Assembly: GCA_043814985.1 (NCBI GenBank) | Contig: JBDRJK010000001.1 | Span: forward strand, 28,083-92,082 | Reading direction: 5' to 3' | DNA from: Candidatus Aenigmatarchaeota archaeon | GTDB lineage: Archaea > Aenigmatarchaeota > Aenigmatarchaeia > Aenigmatarchaeales > Aenigmatarchaeaceae | DNA: 64,000 nucleotides | In this document: positions 55,901 through 64,000 of the stretch, one piece after another | Numbering within the stretch: the first letter of the stretch is position 1 | How the letters are laid out: every line of letters starts with the position of its first letter | Notes under the pieces: model-generated | Told to the model about the DNA's origin: nothing | Databases searched by the model: none | Seen by the model: only the letters and a program-made list of their open reading frames with translations | Made by a program: the position numbers and the translations under genes

Positions 55901-58900
55901 CATATTGGAGCTATCCAAATTGGAACTTCTCTGTTTTAGCAACTTCAGGCGACAACGACCAAATGAATGTATCGCTTTATCTAAGGAAACAAGGTGAAAG
56001 TTATTCAGAATGCACTGGGTGTTTTAATCAGACCCCAACAATTTGTGTTAACTGTGAAAACCAGTCAGTATTCTGGTATCGTAATTTCACTGAACCAGAT
56101 TCAGGTAGCAATTGGTACTATCAGTTCAGGATGTATAACAACCTAACTGGTGAACTTGAAGACCAAACAACCGAGCATTCATTCTACGTGGACAGTATTC
56201 CAGATGAAAAAATATATTTGGAGAACGTAACTCAAAGCCCGTCTTCAGGGCAATGGGGTGGAACTCCATTCACTTTCAATATTACTGTTAACACGACAGG
56301 TATAAACAATGTAAGTGTATTCCTTTGGACTTCAGACAGTGCTACTGGTCCATGGTCATTGGTGGAATACCAGAACTACACTATCCCTCCTGGTGGCTGG
56401 CAAATAATAAATTACACGACATATTTCGACTGTAATGACATTGACACTGACAAGTATTTCTTCTTCAATGCAACCAACTACAACATGTCAACAAATACAA
56501 CAACACCCCAAAGTTTTGAAATAACAAGAGATAGAATAGAGCTTGATTACTACTGGGGGCATGACTCGACAGCTAACAGGTCAGGTGACCAGACTGATTT
56601 CTTGCTTTTCCGTGCAACCAATGTTAATGGCAGTGACATGGGAAGCTTCCCAATAAAATACTCTGTAACATCTGGTAATTCAACAGAAACATATTATACA
56701 GATAATAATTTTGTAACTAATACAAATAGTACTGGATTTGCTGAATTTTATTTCAATGCTACTTGTTTGAATGATTACATTGGAGCACCAAAATTCCAAG
56801 TCAGAGAACAGCAATGGAAGGCTCAGTTAAATGACTCTGAACTAGATTGTTACTATCAGAATGATAGTTCTGATATCTGGTATAGAAACATGAGTGTTAT
56901 GGGTAATATCCTGATAACACTATCAAACCCCGACGGAACTGAAAATGTGACTCAGGAGAATATAATGACTTTCCTTGGTTCCAGCGATGATGACTGTGGG
57001 GATTCTCTGAAATTGAACTATACCTTTGGATATGAGGAGATAAAGTACTATGCAAACAATACTCCGACAACTGGTTTTGACTGTGGTAATTCAACTCTGA
57101 TTGGTGCCAACGCTTATCGTTGCTACTGGCAGACTGACACTGATACGCCTGTCCAGGATTACAATGCATCAATGTTTGTGAACAGAATTGGTTACTATCC
57201 CAACCAGACATTGGATGATGCTTCCAGAGGATGGCTGTTCTATGTTGATGCACTAAGGCAATTCACAAACATAAGTGTTGTGCCTTCGTCAGCCCTATGG
57301 GATACAACAGACTGGAACTTCTCCGTCATTGCAACATCAGGAGATTACAACAATGAAACAATTGTGCTGCAATTGAAACAGGGTGCTGGTGCATGGCAGA
57401 ACTGTGAAGATGCTTTAGCACAATGCTACAACATGACTCCAACCAACTGTACACACTGCATAAATGAGACATACTTCTGGCATGCCAACTTCACTGCAGA
57501 CGATGCAGGAACGTGGTTCTACAAGTTCCAGATGAACAACAGCGATACCTATGTCATAGACGAGGAAACAACTGGCACTGATAGTTTTGACGTGCTGGCA
57601 AGCGATGTAAAGATATATATGGAGAATGTCACCAAGTATCCAACGACAGGAAGCTGGGGTGGTGGCAACTTCACTTTCAATGTTACTGTTAACACGAGTG
57701 GTATAAACAATGTTTCTGTATTCCTGTGGACTTCCAACAGCTCCACTGGGCCTTGGACATTAATTGAAGAGCAGAATTATACTATTCCACCAGGAGATTG
57801 GCAACAATTTAATTTTAGTAATGCTTATTATTGTGATGATATAGGGACCAATTATTTCTTCTTCAATGCAACGAACTATAACCTGTCGACAAACATGACA
57901 AGTCCCCAGAGCTTCACAGTGACAAAGGATACTGTGATATTAGAATACATAGAGGGTAACAACACAATTGCAAACAGGTCAGGAAGTCAAACTCAGAATC
58001 TATCTATAAGATTGAGTGATGGCAACGGTACATACCTAACTGATTTCAATATGACCTACTATGTGGAGACAAATAGTTTCGAATATGATTCTGGTAACAA
58101 TGTGACTTCTGACTCTTCTGGTTATGCCAATTATTCATTTGAACCAACATGTTCCGGTCCAAGATACGAAGTCGGGAATCAAAACTGGAAAACTGCTGCC
58201 TTGGAACAGCAGTGTTATCAGACCAATGACACTGACACTGCAGGGTTTGCCTTGAATCTGACAGTGATGGGCGACTTCAACATTAGCTTCAATTATCCTG
58301 AAACTGTTAACCAAAGTCTTGGCGATCAGGTAATATTCGAATCTGTCATAAAGGACAATTGTAATGTGGAATTAGGGGGAATAGAAGTAAGATACAATGC
58401 AACAAATGAAAACTTCAATGACGAATGTTCTTTGGTTACAAGTCCAGCCACTGGTCTTTACAGGTGTTTTGAGGGCGGAACAAACGGCTGGGATTCAACA
58501 GGAGCTAGGCAGGGTTGGTACAACGCAACTATTAACGCTACCAAAGATTTCTACTGGAACAATGTCACAACCAAAGCAGAGGAAGGCCTTGGTCATTTCT
58601 ATCTATACAGAAAACCAACATTGAGTGGAGATATTGTTGTTCCTTCAATTGGAGGATGGGCTTTGGACAGAAACTTCTCAGTCAATGTTACTGATGATCC
58701 TATTGACAATGTTACTGTTTTCCTATGGCATAGGAGCTCTGGAGGAACTGGAAATGTCTGGGAACAGATAAGCACATCTAAATTATGTTCTGATTGCGAC
58801 AATACCAATGTGAACTGGACTGATGTCAGTTACAACTGTTCATTCGCGTCTGCTGGAGGTTCTGTTGATTATAAGTTCAATGCCACTGATTTGGATTTGA

Positions 58901-61900
58901 ATAATACTGAAGCTTCAGGATCGTTCACTGTTAATTACGACAATGTCAGTGTTACCAACATAACACCTGTTGCTACTGCCACTATTAACAGAACAGACAC
59001 CACATCCTTTATCATCGGACTATATGATTTGGACAATAGCACTTCTCCAAATAACACACAAAGTAAGATATGGTTCACAACAACTGATGCAGCCACATGG
59101 GAAAGCGATGTTGCTGCTCCAACGATTTATTCAAACTCAACTGGTCATTTGAACAGGTCAATGACAGCAAGTGGTTGGACCAACCTTTTGGGTTGTGACA
59201 ATACATACAGCCTGGGTGTTCATTATTGGAAGGGTGGTTCTTACGGATCCAACTGTCCTCCAGGTTTGGTTGACAACATAACCTCCTCTATTATATTCAC
59301 CTTGATGGGAGAATTGAGCAATACCATTTACTGGCCTGTTGGAACCCAAAACTACACTGTCGGAAGCGGTATCCACTTGAATGGAACTGTTGTCAGGGAT
59401 AGCAGCTGTGGTGCAGCTACTGGCATAAGCGTTCTATATAACATTACAAACGGGACTCATGCGTACAGCTGTGACGGTGTTCACAGGGGCAACGGTGTTT
59501 ACAACTGCAGCTGGGATTCCAGCGACAAGGCAACAGGTTGGTACAATATCACAATGATATCTTACGGCAGCAATTACCATAATGGGACTGATGTTCAGAG
59601 TGATGCATTCTACTTGAGAAGTGGAATTCAATTAGAAGACATTTCAATGGAACCTGTTGGTGGTGGGAGCTATGGATATTCACCGTTTAACTTTACTGTA
59701 AATGTAACATCATCAGACAATGAGAATGTCACTGTTTATTTGTATTTGCAAAATGTTTCTGGCTGGTTCCTGGAGAATCAAAGTTCCTGTGTAAGTTGTG
59801 ATAACACCTACTTCAAGTTCTCCAAGGATTATGACTGTTCGAACATTGGTTCTTGGGATTACAAGTTCAATGCCACATCTGTCACAGGAGCAGTTAACAA
59901 CTCATTATCATCCAATAGCTTTACTGTAACAACAGATACAATAAGTATTAACTATGGTTCTGGCAACGAGTCTTACGTAAACAGAAGCAACACTAATCCT
60001 GAATACGAGATTCCACTTGTTGTCCAAGTTTGGGATACTGTCAAGAACGAGTTGACAACTGACATAACACTAAGCAACATAAACGCATATGTTACAACAA
60101 GCGGTTCAAGTTGGATGGAGTTGTCTGGTGGGCTGGGAACTGTTGTCAATAACACAACTCACTTTAATGTAACATTCGATCCTAACTGTTCATTCTCCGC
60201 AGGAAAAAGAAACTGGAAGTTCAACATATCTGGTGAGACTTGTTATGGTGATGCTGAATCCAGCAACTATAATGTAACTGTTGTTGGTAATCTGTCTGCT
60301 TATTACATGAGTCCTACTGGAGGAGCAATATATGATTTAGGAGATAATGTTCCATTGTTGGGTAATCTAACAGATGAGTGTAGCAATGACATCATCAATT
60401 CAAATGTCGGGTTCCAGCTGAACTCAAGTCCTTCCACAAGTTATTTCTGTACTTCACCTGGCAATGTCACTGGTAACTTCTATTCATGTGATTGGGATTC
60501 AAACAGTTATGATGTAGGCTATTATAATGTCACAATGATATCTTGGAATGATTCTTATGTCAATGGAACAGACTTTGAAACAGATGCAATCGAGATAAAG
60601 TCTATACCTGATCTGGATGTTGCTGATGTCAACCCAAGAGCGGAGGGGTGGGTCAAGACATTCAACTTTACTGTAAATGTAAGCGATAATGCTGGTGACA
60701 CTGTCAATGTTTATCTTTGGGAATCTACTGATGGAAGCGAACCATGGATTCAGATAGGTGGAATAAATAACTGCACAACTTGCGTTAACGAAACCATGAC
60801 ATGGAACAAGACATACATTTGTGATGATGTCGGGAACAACAGGGTATTCAAGTTCAATTCAACAGACACAGAAGGTAACAACTATAGCACATCTCTAGTG
60901 GCGGGTGATTATGTTGGTGGAAGCAACACTTTCAATATTGAGAAGAATAACATAGGCATTGAATACATAATTGGAAATGAAACCAATGCTAGTACTGTCG
61001 ACCCTGCATTGTTTATTGTGAGGGTGTATGACATTGACAATTCATCCAGTTACTATATGACACCTAGCATTGATATTTCATTCAATGTAACCAAACAAGG
61101 TTTGAGTAATACTTTCTTTACTGTTGGCAGCAATACAAGCAATGCAACAGGTCACATTATCTACTATTTCACACCAGACTCAAGCTTTGCTTCTGTAAAA
61201 CAAAACTGGACAGCATTTACTTCTGCAGGTGAGGGATGCTACAAACTAAACCAAAGCGATTATTACAATGTAACAACCCAAACACACGTTCCAAAAATAG
61301 AGAACGAGACAGTTGATCCTCAAGTAGGAGGATGGGGAGACGCCAGACAGTTTAATGTGTCGATATACGATGCCAATGACACTGCCGTTGTAAGATTGTG
61401 GAAGTCAACAAGCACTGGAGGACCTTGGACATTTGTAGCTTATCAGAATTATACTGATGTTGGAAATTGGGAAAATGTATCCTTCTTGATTAATTTCACT
61501 TGCACTGATTACAGAACAGAGCCGTGGTACTTCAAGCTAAATGTTAGTGATGATTTCAACAACACGAACTCGACTGATACACCAGAACCCGAGAACAATT
61601 ACACTGTCAACAAGGATGCTGTAATATTTGAAGAATTTTATGGCAATAACTCAACTGCGAATCGTATTGGAAGCCAAACCGATTTATTGTCTTTAAGATT
61701 AAGAGATGGAAACGGAACCTATTTGACTGATTTCAATGCCACTTTTTATGTGACTACTGACGGAGTCAGCTGGCCTGGTAGTGGTGTTGTCAATCAGAGC
61801 AATAGCAGTGGTTATGTTCACTATAACTTTAATCCCATTTGTTCACCAAAGAACCAAGTAGGTGACCAGATGTGGAAGGTTGAAGTCGGTGACTCGTGCT

Positions 61901-64000
61901 ATCAGACCAACAGCACCAACACATCAGATTTATTCTTGAACCTGACAGTTATGGGCAACATAAACCTTACTTTCACTAGGCCTGATGGAACTACAAACTA
62001 TACACAGGAAGATCCAATACTGTTCCAGGGTTATACTTACGATGATTGTGGAGGTGCTATTGCGCCAACAGTAAAGTTCTATGCAAACAATTCAACTGAT
62101 TATGGCTTTGATTGCGGTAGTGTACAAAAAATAGGTGAAAACGTATTTGAGTGTACCTGGCAAACCCAGATAACAACACCAAGGGGTTGGTACAACACAA
62201 CAATGGATGCGAACATAACAGGCCATTATAACAACTTCAGCATAAACTCTGGCACTTCTGGTTTGTTCTACTTGAACCCAATATATAAAATAGAAAACAT
62301 TTTAGGAACACCAACTACAGATGGTTGGGGATACACCAACTGGAACTTTTCAGCAATAATATCTTCTGGCGATCCTGACACAAGCTATCCTTTGGAGATA
62401 TTCATGAACAAAGGTTCCCCTGACTTCACAACAGCTTGTTCAGGTTCAACATGTTTTAACCAGACAACTGTAGAGTGCATTTATCCCGAATGTGTCAACA
62501 AAACAGTTTTCTGGTACAGGAACTTCTCTTACAATGATCAGGGAACATGGTTCTTCAAGTTGAGCTTAGCAGCTGAAGAAACTTCTGGTAATGATATTGT
62601 GACAGTGGTAAAAGATGATATACTCATAAACCATTCGTTTGGTAATGGTGAGAGTGTAAACAGAAGCGGTGATCAATCAAAGCTTTTGGTTGTTTTTGTA
62701 AATGATACGGACAGAAACCTGTCAGCAGCAAATCCTTTTGTAAATGTTTATTTCAATGTAACCAACAACACAGCCAGCAATTATTTAATTTACGGCGCTA
62801 ACTCTACAAACACAACTGGTTATTCCAATGCAACATTTAACCCGAACTGTGATTATTCCAATGGAACTCAGAATTGGTTTTCCTATGTTTCAGGGGATTC
62901 AAACTACAATGATGCGAATTCCAGTATATTCAATATAACAATCTACGGAGACCTAAACCCATCTGAAATTAGAACTTACAACACAACGCATGAAACAAAT
63001 TATTTCTTCCATGGTCAAAATGTAAACATTACTGGAATTGTAGAGGATGACTGTGGTAACAGAATCTCAAATGAAACAGGAATAAACGTAACATTCGAGG
63101 TTTTCAAAAATAATACTTATCCAGCATCGGCAGATACGTACTGTTTTGATGTAACCTATCTTGGAAACGGAATATACAGCTGCCTATGGGACACCAAAAC
63201 ATATGAGAATGATACTTACAAGATAAGAATGGATGCAAGCAATGTAAGCTTCCATAACAATGGGACATATTCGAAGCCCGGAGCATTTGGTTTGAATGTA
63301 CCTCCAAACACGCCTCCAGTTGTAAGCGATGGGAGCGTAACACCAGACCCGGGTGGCTGGGGTTCAACATTCAACTTCTCAGTGAATGTAACAGATGGGG
63401 ATGAATTCCAAAACGTTACTGTTCATTTCTGGGAATCTCCTGACGGAAGCGAGCCATGGACCTTAATAGAAGATCAAACATGCACAGATTGTGTTAACAC
63501 TACTGTAAAAACTGTTTACTTCAGCAAAAACGATTACAGCTGCCAGCAAATAGGAATTAGATATTACAAGTTCAATGCAACTGATAATTCAAGTGAGGCA
63601 AATGCAGGTTCTGATTCTGATGATGGACCTTACAGTTTTAACCTGACAAGGGATAATGTTGAATTCATTAATCCTGTTGGTAGTGCTGGTACTGTAAACA
63701 GAAGTGGTAGTCAGGACATATTCCTTGCAGTCCGGATTAACGACACCACTAAAGGTGTTTTAGTTGAATCTAATGTAACCGCTGGAAGGTTCTGGATAAC
63801 TTATGATGAACTAAACTGGAACAGTGGAAGCAGTAACAGAACCTCTAACTCATCTAGTTATGTAAACTACACATTCGACCCAACATGTACACCTACAAGG
63901 TACAATGTAAGCAATGCACAACAATGGAAAGTAGGAGTTTTGAATGATTCTTGTTATATTGATGCTAACAGTTCTAATTACACCTTGACAATAAAGGGTG
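52951..64000 (+). CDS. Giant secreted/surface glycoprotein, >3,680 aa, 3'-partial
   Basis: ATG at 52951 overlaps the regulator's 3' end by 11 nt; MKSSTKSGQSQLLIPLLLIISSAMVFA signal. The frame was open at every position spot-checked through 64000 (..NYTLTIKG), consistent with its absence from a stop-terminated ORF track. Confidence 0.92.
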   Translation, partial: MKSSTKSGQSQLLIPLLLIISSAMVFATNVTLNLTKNTTPSGAFVGIPNSTNETNNSQEFVFPIEVWAETYIGMNIDGNVVKAHLFLDNQTKIENHQINLYLNGVFFGSDLTDVEGIAEFTVSEFGEYKIFAVFEGRDFLNPSEINLTEIIQENEVIFEILGTEQGDIEIGEPVKWEKKFRLFNPNDRDALADFELDFPEDAFSVNVAEKDTKKMLNLIKKSIREWLKANESREYMLEYFTDSPVVIEELVNKYKKVINISSPIHYENVPVYTDIEETSQDSIRIYWIVDGERVDITNNPSFNVIFIDSNGNGLIDRVEWVVPHLSDQIFEISITVLNVDTLVRDGDNWVVAFNTTGTANLTINSTNAGWTEFLTDNTSTFDEMLLLDINCGNVSLKDSLQLIDEFDNVYNYSDLTANDTIDIKHLFVENYSCNDTGLISNNMLKAGYAALQFTFGDQIAYAYDAAVVCNWSTDTVNWADQQGGGGSAWGTSNTTWNLGYNCSEAGGPSTGCYIANITINMYGASASPASGGLGFVIFSNDSTQFFPLAINVGGAYTYGPVDSCGANNNYTGGTGYPGSTPNSTPNTCNISFTDWFNVTSYTVNWYIPGKGSVSIPTISYQWCWEDALPKLDNPAVNGTQSGYSAGWGSIFNFSVEIWEPQGSESNVSLWYTPTAGTGWMFAGSRNDTSPPTSSPGNLTNFTINYSCSGGTITDSLSNDLGVVGAAKYYKFNATDPYSNKNDTFDSYGNIYFTPTKDDVNVVNETPTANIIINRSDTTDFVVEVYDREKQSYGSGQSGKIWVSTYEYDQNTSYLVSTNSTGHLVQTFTNAIWCGDEKYYLGVHKWSGGTDSDSCVQNNVTESSNFTLLGSLYNTLNIPDGSSNFTQAQTIDFTASVADDCSVGRTATSTINITMVNNDTEYFCIASAAGECSISTDISFPTGWYNVTIVSNKSYHNDGYSIDQDVFYLLPYRNVFNESVNPDSAYWSYPNWNFSVLATSGDNDQMNVSLYLRKQGESYSECTGCFNQTPTICVNCENQSVFWYRNFTEPDSGSNWYYQFRMYNNLTGELEDQTTEHSFYVDSIPDEKIYLENVTQSPSSGQWGGTPFTFNITVNTTGINNVSVFLWTSDSATGPWSLVEYQNYTIPPGGWQIINYTTYFDCNDIDTDKYFFFNATNYNMSTNTTTPQSFEITRDRIELDYYWGHDSTANRSGDQTDFLLFRATNVNGSDMGSFPIKYSVTSGNSTETYYTDNNFVTNTNSTGFAEFYFNATCLNDYIGAPKFQVREQQWKAQLNDSELDCYYQNDSSDIWYRNMSVMGNILITLSNPDGTENVTQENIMTFLGSSDDDCGDSLKLNYTFGYEEIKYYANNTPTTGFDCGNSTLIGANAYRCYWQTDTDTPVQDYNASMFVNRIGYYPNQTLDDASRGWLFYVDALRQFTNISVVPSSALWDTTDWNFSVIATSGDYNNETIVLQLKQGAGAWQNCEDALAQCYNMTPTNCTHCINETYFWHANFTADDAGTWFYKFQMNNSDTYVIDEETTGTDSFDVLASDVKIYMENVTKYPTTGSWGGGNFTFNVTVNTSGINNVSVFLWTSNSSTGPWTLIEEQNYTIPPGDWQQFNFSNAYYCDDIGTNYFFFNATNYNLSTNMTSPQSFTVTKDTVILEYIEGNNTIANRSGSQTQNLSIRLSDGNGTYLTDFNMTYYVETNSFEYDSGNNVTSDSSGYANYSFEPTCSGPRYEVGNQNWKTAALEQQCYQTNDTDTAGFALNLTVMGDFNISFNYPETVNQSLGDQVIFESVIKDNCNVELGGIEVRYNATNENFNDECSLVTSPATGLYRCFEGGTNGWDSTGARQGWYNATINATKDFYWNNVTTKAEEGLGHFYLYRKPTLSGDIVVPSIGGWALDRNFSVNVTDDPIDNVTVFLWHRSSGGTGNVWEQISTSKLCSDCDNTNVNWTDVSYNCSFASAGGSVDYKFNATDLDLNNTEASGSFTVNYDNVSVTNITPVATATINRTDTTSFIIGLYDLDNSTSPNNTQSKIWFTTTDAATWESDVAAPTIYSNSTGHLNRSMTASGWTNLLGCDNTYSLGVHYWKGGSYGSNCPPGLVDNITSSIIFTLMGELSNTIYWPVGTQNYTVGSGIHLNGTVVRDSSCGAATGISVLYNITNGTHAYSCDGVHRGNGVYNCSWDSSDKATGWYNITMISYGSNYHNGTDVQSDAFYLRSGIQLEDISMEPVGGGSYGYSPFNFTVNVTSSDNENVTVYLYLQNVSGWFLENQSSCVSCDNTYFKFSKDYDCSNIGSWDYKFNATSVTGAVNNSLSSNSFTVTTDTISINYGSGNESYVNRSNTNPEYEIPLVVQVWDTVKNELTTDITLSNINAYVTTSGSSWMELSGGLGTVVNNTTHFNVTFDPNCSFSAGKRNWKFNISGETCYGDAESSNYNVTVVGNLSAYYMSPTGGAIYDLGDNVPLLGNLTDECSNDIINSNVGFQLNSSPSTSYFCTSPGNVTGNFYSCDWDSNSYDVGYYNVTMISWNDSYVNGTDFETDAIEIKSIPDLDVADVNPRAEGWVKTFNFTVNVSDNAGDTVNVYLWESTDGSEPWIQIGGINNCTTCVNETMTWNKTYICDDVGNNRVFKFNSTDTEGNNYSTSLVAGDYVGGSNTFNIEKNNIGIEYIIGNETNASTVDPALFIVRVYDIDNSSSYYMTPSIDISFNVTKQGLSNTFFTVGSNTSNATGHIIYYFTPDSSFASVKQNWTAFTSAGEGCYKLNQSDYYNVTTQTHVPKIENETVDPQVGGWGDARQFNVSIYDANDTAVVRLWKSTSTGGPWTFVAYQNYTDVGNWENVSFLINFTCTDYRTEPWYFKLNVSDDFNNTNSTDTPEPENNYTVNKDAVIFEEFYGNNSTANRIGSQTDLLSLRLRDGNGTYLTDFNATFYVTTDGVSWPGSGVVNQSNSSGYVHYNFNPICSPKNQVGDQMWKVEVGDSCYQTNSTNTSDLFLNLTVMGNINLTFTRPDGTTNYTQEDPILFQGYTYDDCGGAIAPTVKFYANNSTDYGFDCGSVQKIGENVFECTWQTQITTPRGWYNTTMDANITGHYNNFSINSGTSGLFYLNPIYKIENILGTPTTDGWGYTNWNFSAIISSGDPDTSYPLEIFMNKGSPDFTTACSGSTCFNQTTVECIYPECVNKTVFWYRNFSYNDQGTWFFKLSLAAEETSGNDIVTVVKDDILINHSFGNGESVNRSGDQSKLLVVFVNDTDRNLSAANPFVNVYFNVTNNTASNYLIYGANSTNTTGYSNATFNPNCDYSNGTQNWFSYVSGDSNYNDANSSIFNITIYGDLNPSEIRTYNTTHETNYFFHGQNVNITGIVEDDCGNRISNETGINVTFEVFKNNTYPASADTYCFDVTYLGNGIYSCLWDTKTYENDTYKIRMDASNVSFHNNGTYSKPGAFGLNVPPNTPPVVSDGSVTPDPGGWGSTFNFSVNVTDGDEFQNVTVHFWESPDGSEPWTLIEDQTCTDCVNTTVKTVYFSKNDYSCQQIGIRYYKFNATDNSSEANAGSDSDDGPYSFNLTRDNVEFINPVGSAGTVNRSGSQDIFLAVRINDTTKGVLVESNVTAGRFWITYDELNWNSGSSNRTSNSSSYVNYTFDPTCTPTRYNVSNAQQWKVGVLNDSCYIDANSSNYTLTIKG
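54880..64000 (+). repeat. Degenerate tandem protein-domain repeats within the giant ORF
   Basis: About 11 copies of a (G)W(G)-x3-4-(F/W)NF(S/T)V module start (near 54886, 55905, 56251, 57295, 57652, 58651, 59660, 60645, 61327, 62322, 63352), plus recurring NR(S/I)G(D/S)Q and Cys-pair motifs. Confidence 0.85.

Noticed and set aside
53403-63370. Short ORFs listed within 53-64 kb
   Set aside because: All lie antisense or out of frame within the single giant ORF.
1-64000. CRISPR array, cas genes, rRNA, SRP or RNase P RNA
   Set aside because: No regularly spaced repeats and no long GC-rich structured stretch were seen. The TnpB has an IS-type right end rather than an adjacent array, so it is not called Cas12f/Cas14.

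Overview
This is an archaeal chromosomal window. The evidence is a group II chaperonin, topoisomerase VI, aIF-1A, NMD3, the tRNA splicing endonuclease, Spt5, archaeal-type aminoacyl-tRNA synthetases and a BHB-intron tRNA. FtsZ plus MinD, uL11 detached from its usual uL1 neighbour, a multi-pilin type IV locus and a giant Asn/Thr/Cys-rich surface protein suggest a DPANN archaeon, possibly Aenigmarchaeota (inference, no phylogeny run). Most of the window is housekeeping, with two tRNAs (Phe-GAA; Arg-TCT with a 34-nt intron) and no rRNA or CRISPR array. The main highlights are: (1) a membrane-tethered wHTH-TM-ectodomain regulator with a perfect 18-bp palindrome over its predicted transcription start, coupled to a >3,680-aa repeat surface protein absent from the ORF track because it runs off the window; (2) a stand-alone TnpB with a Fanzor-like rearranged RuvC site and a recognisable omegaRNA whose right end supplies the stop codon of the neighbouring gene; (3) three unannotated microproteins (a 25-aa Lys-rich peptide and two CxxC-CxxC zinc fingers) and two genes that appear to start at ATT; (4) an EndA lacking the canonical catalytic Lys; (5) a CBS plus HPF-like candidate ribosome hibernation factor. 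Three genes are interrupted by one extra A in an A-run, which could be assembly error or real slippage. All protein calls come from motif recognition by eye, and no database search was run.
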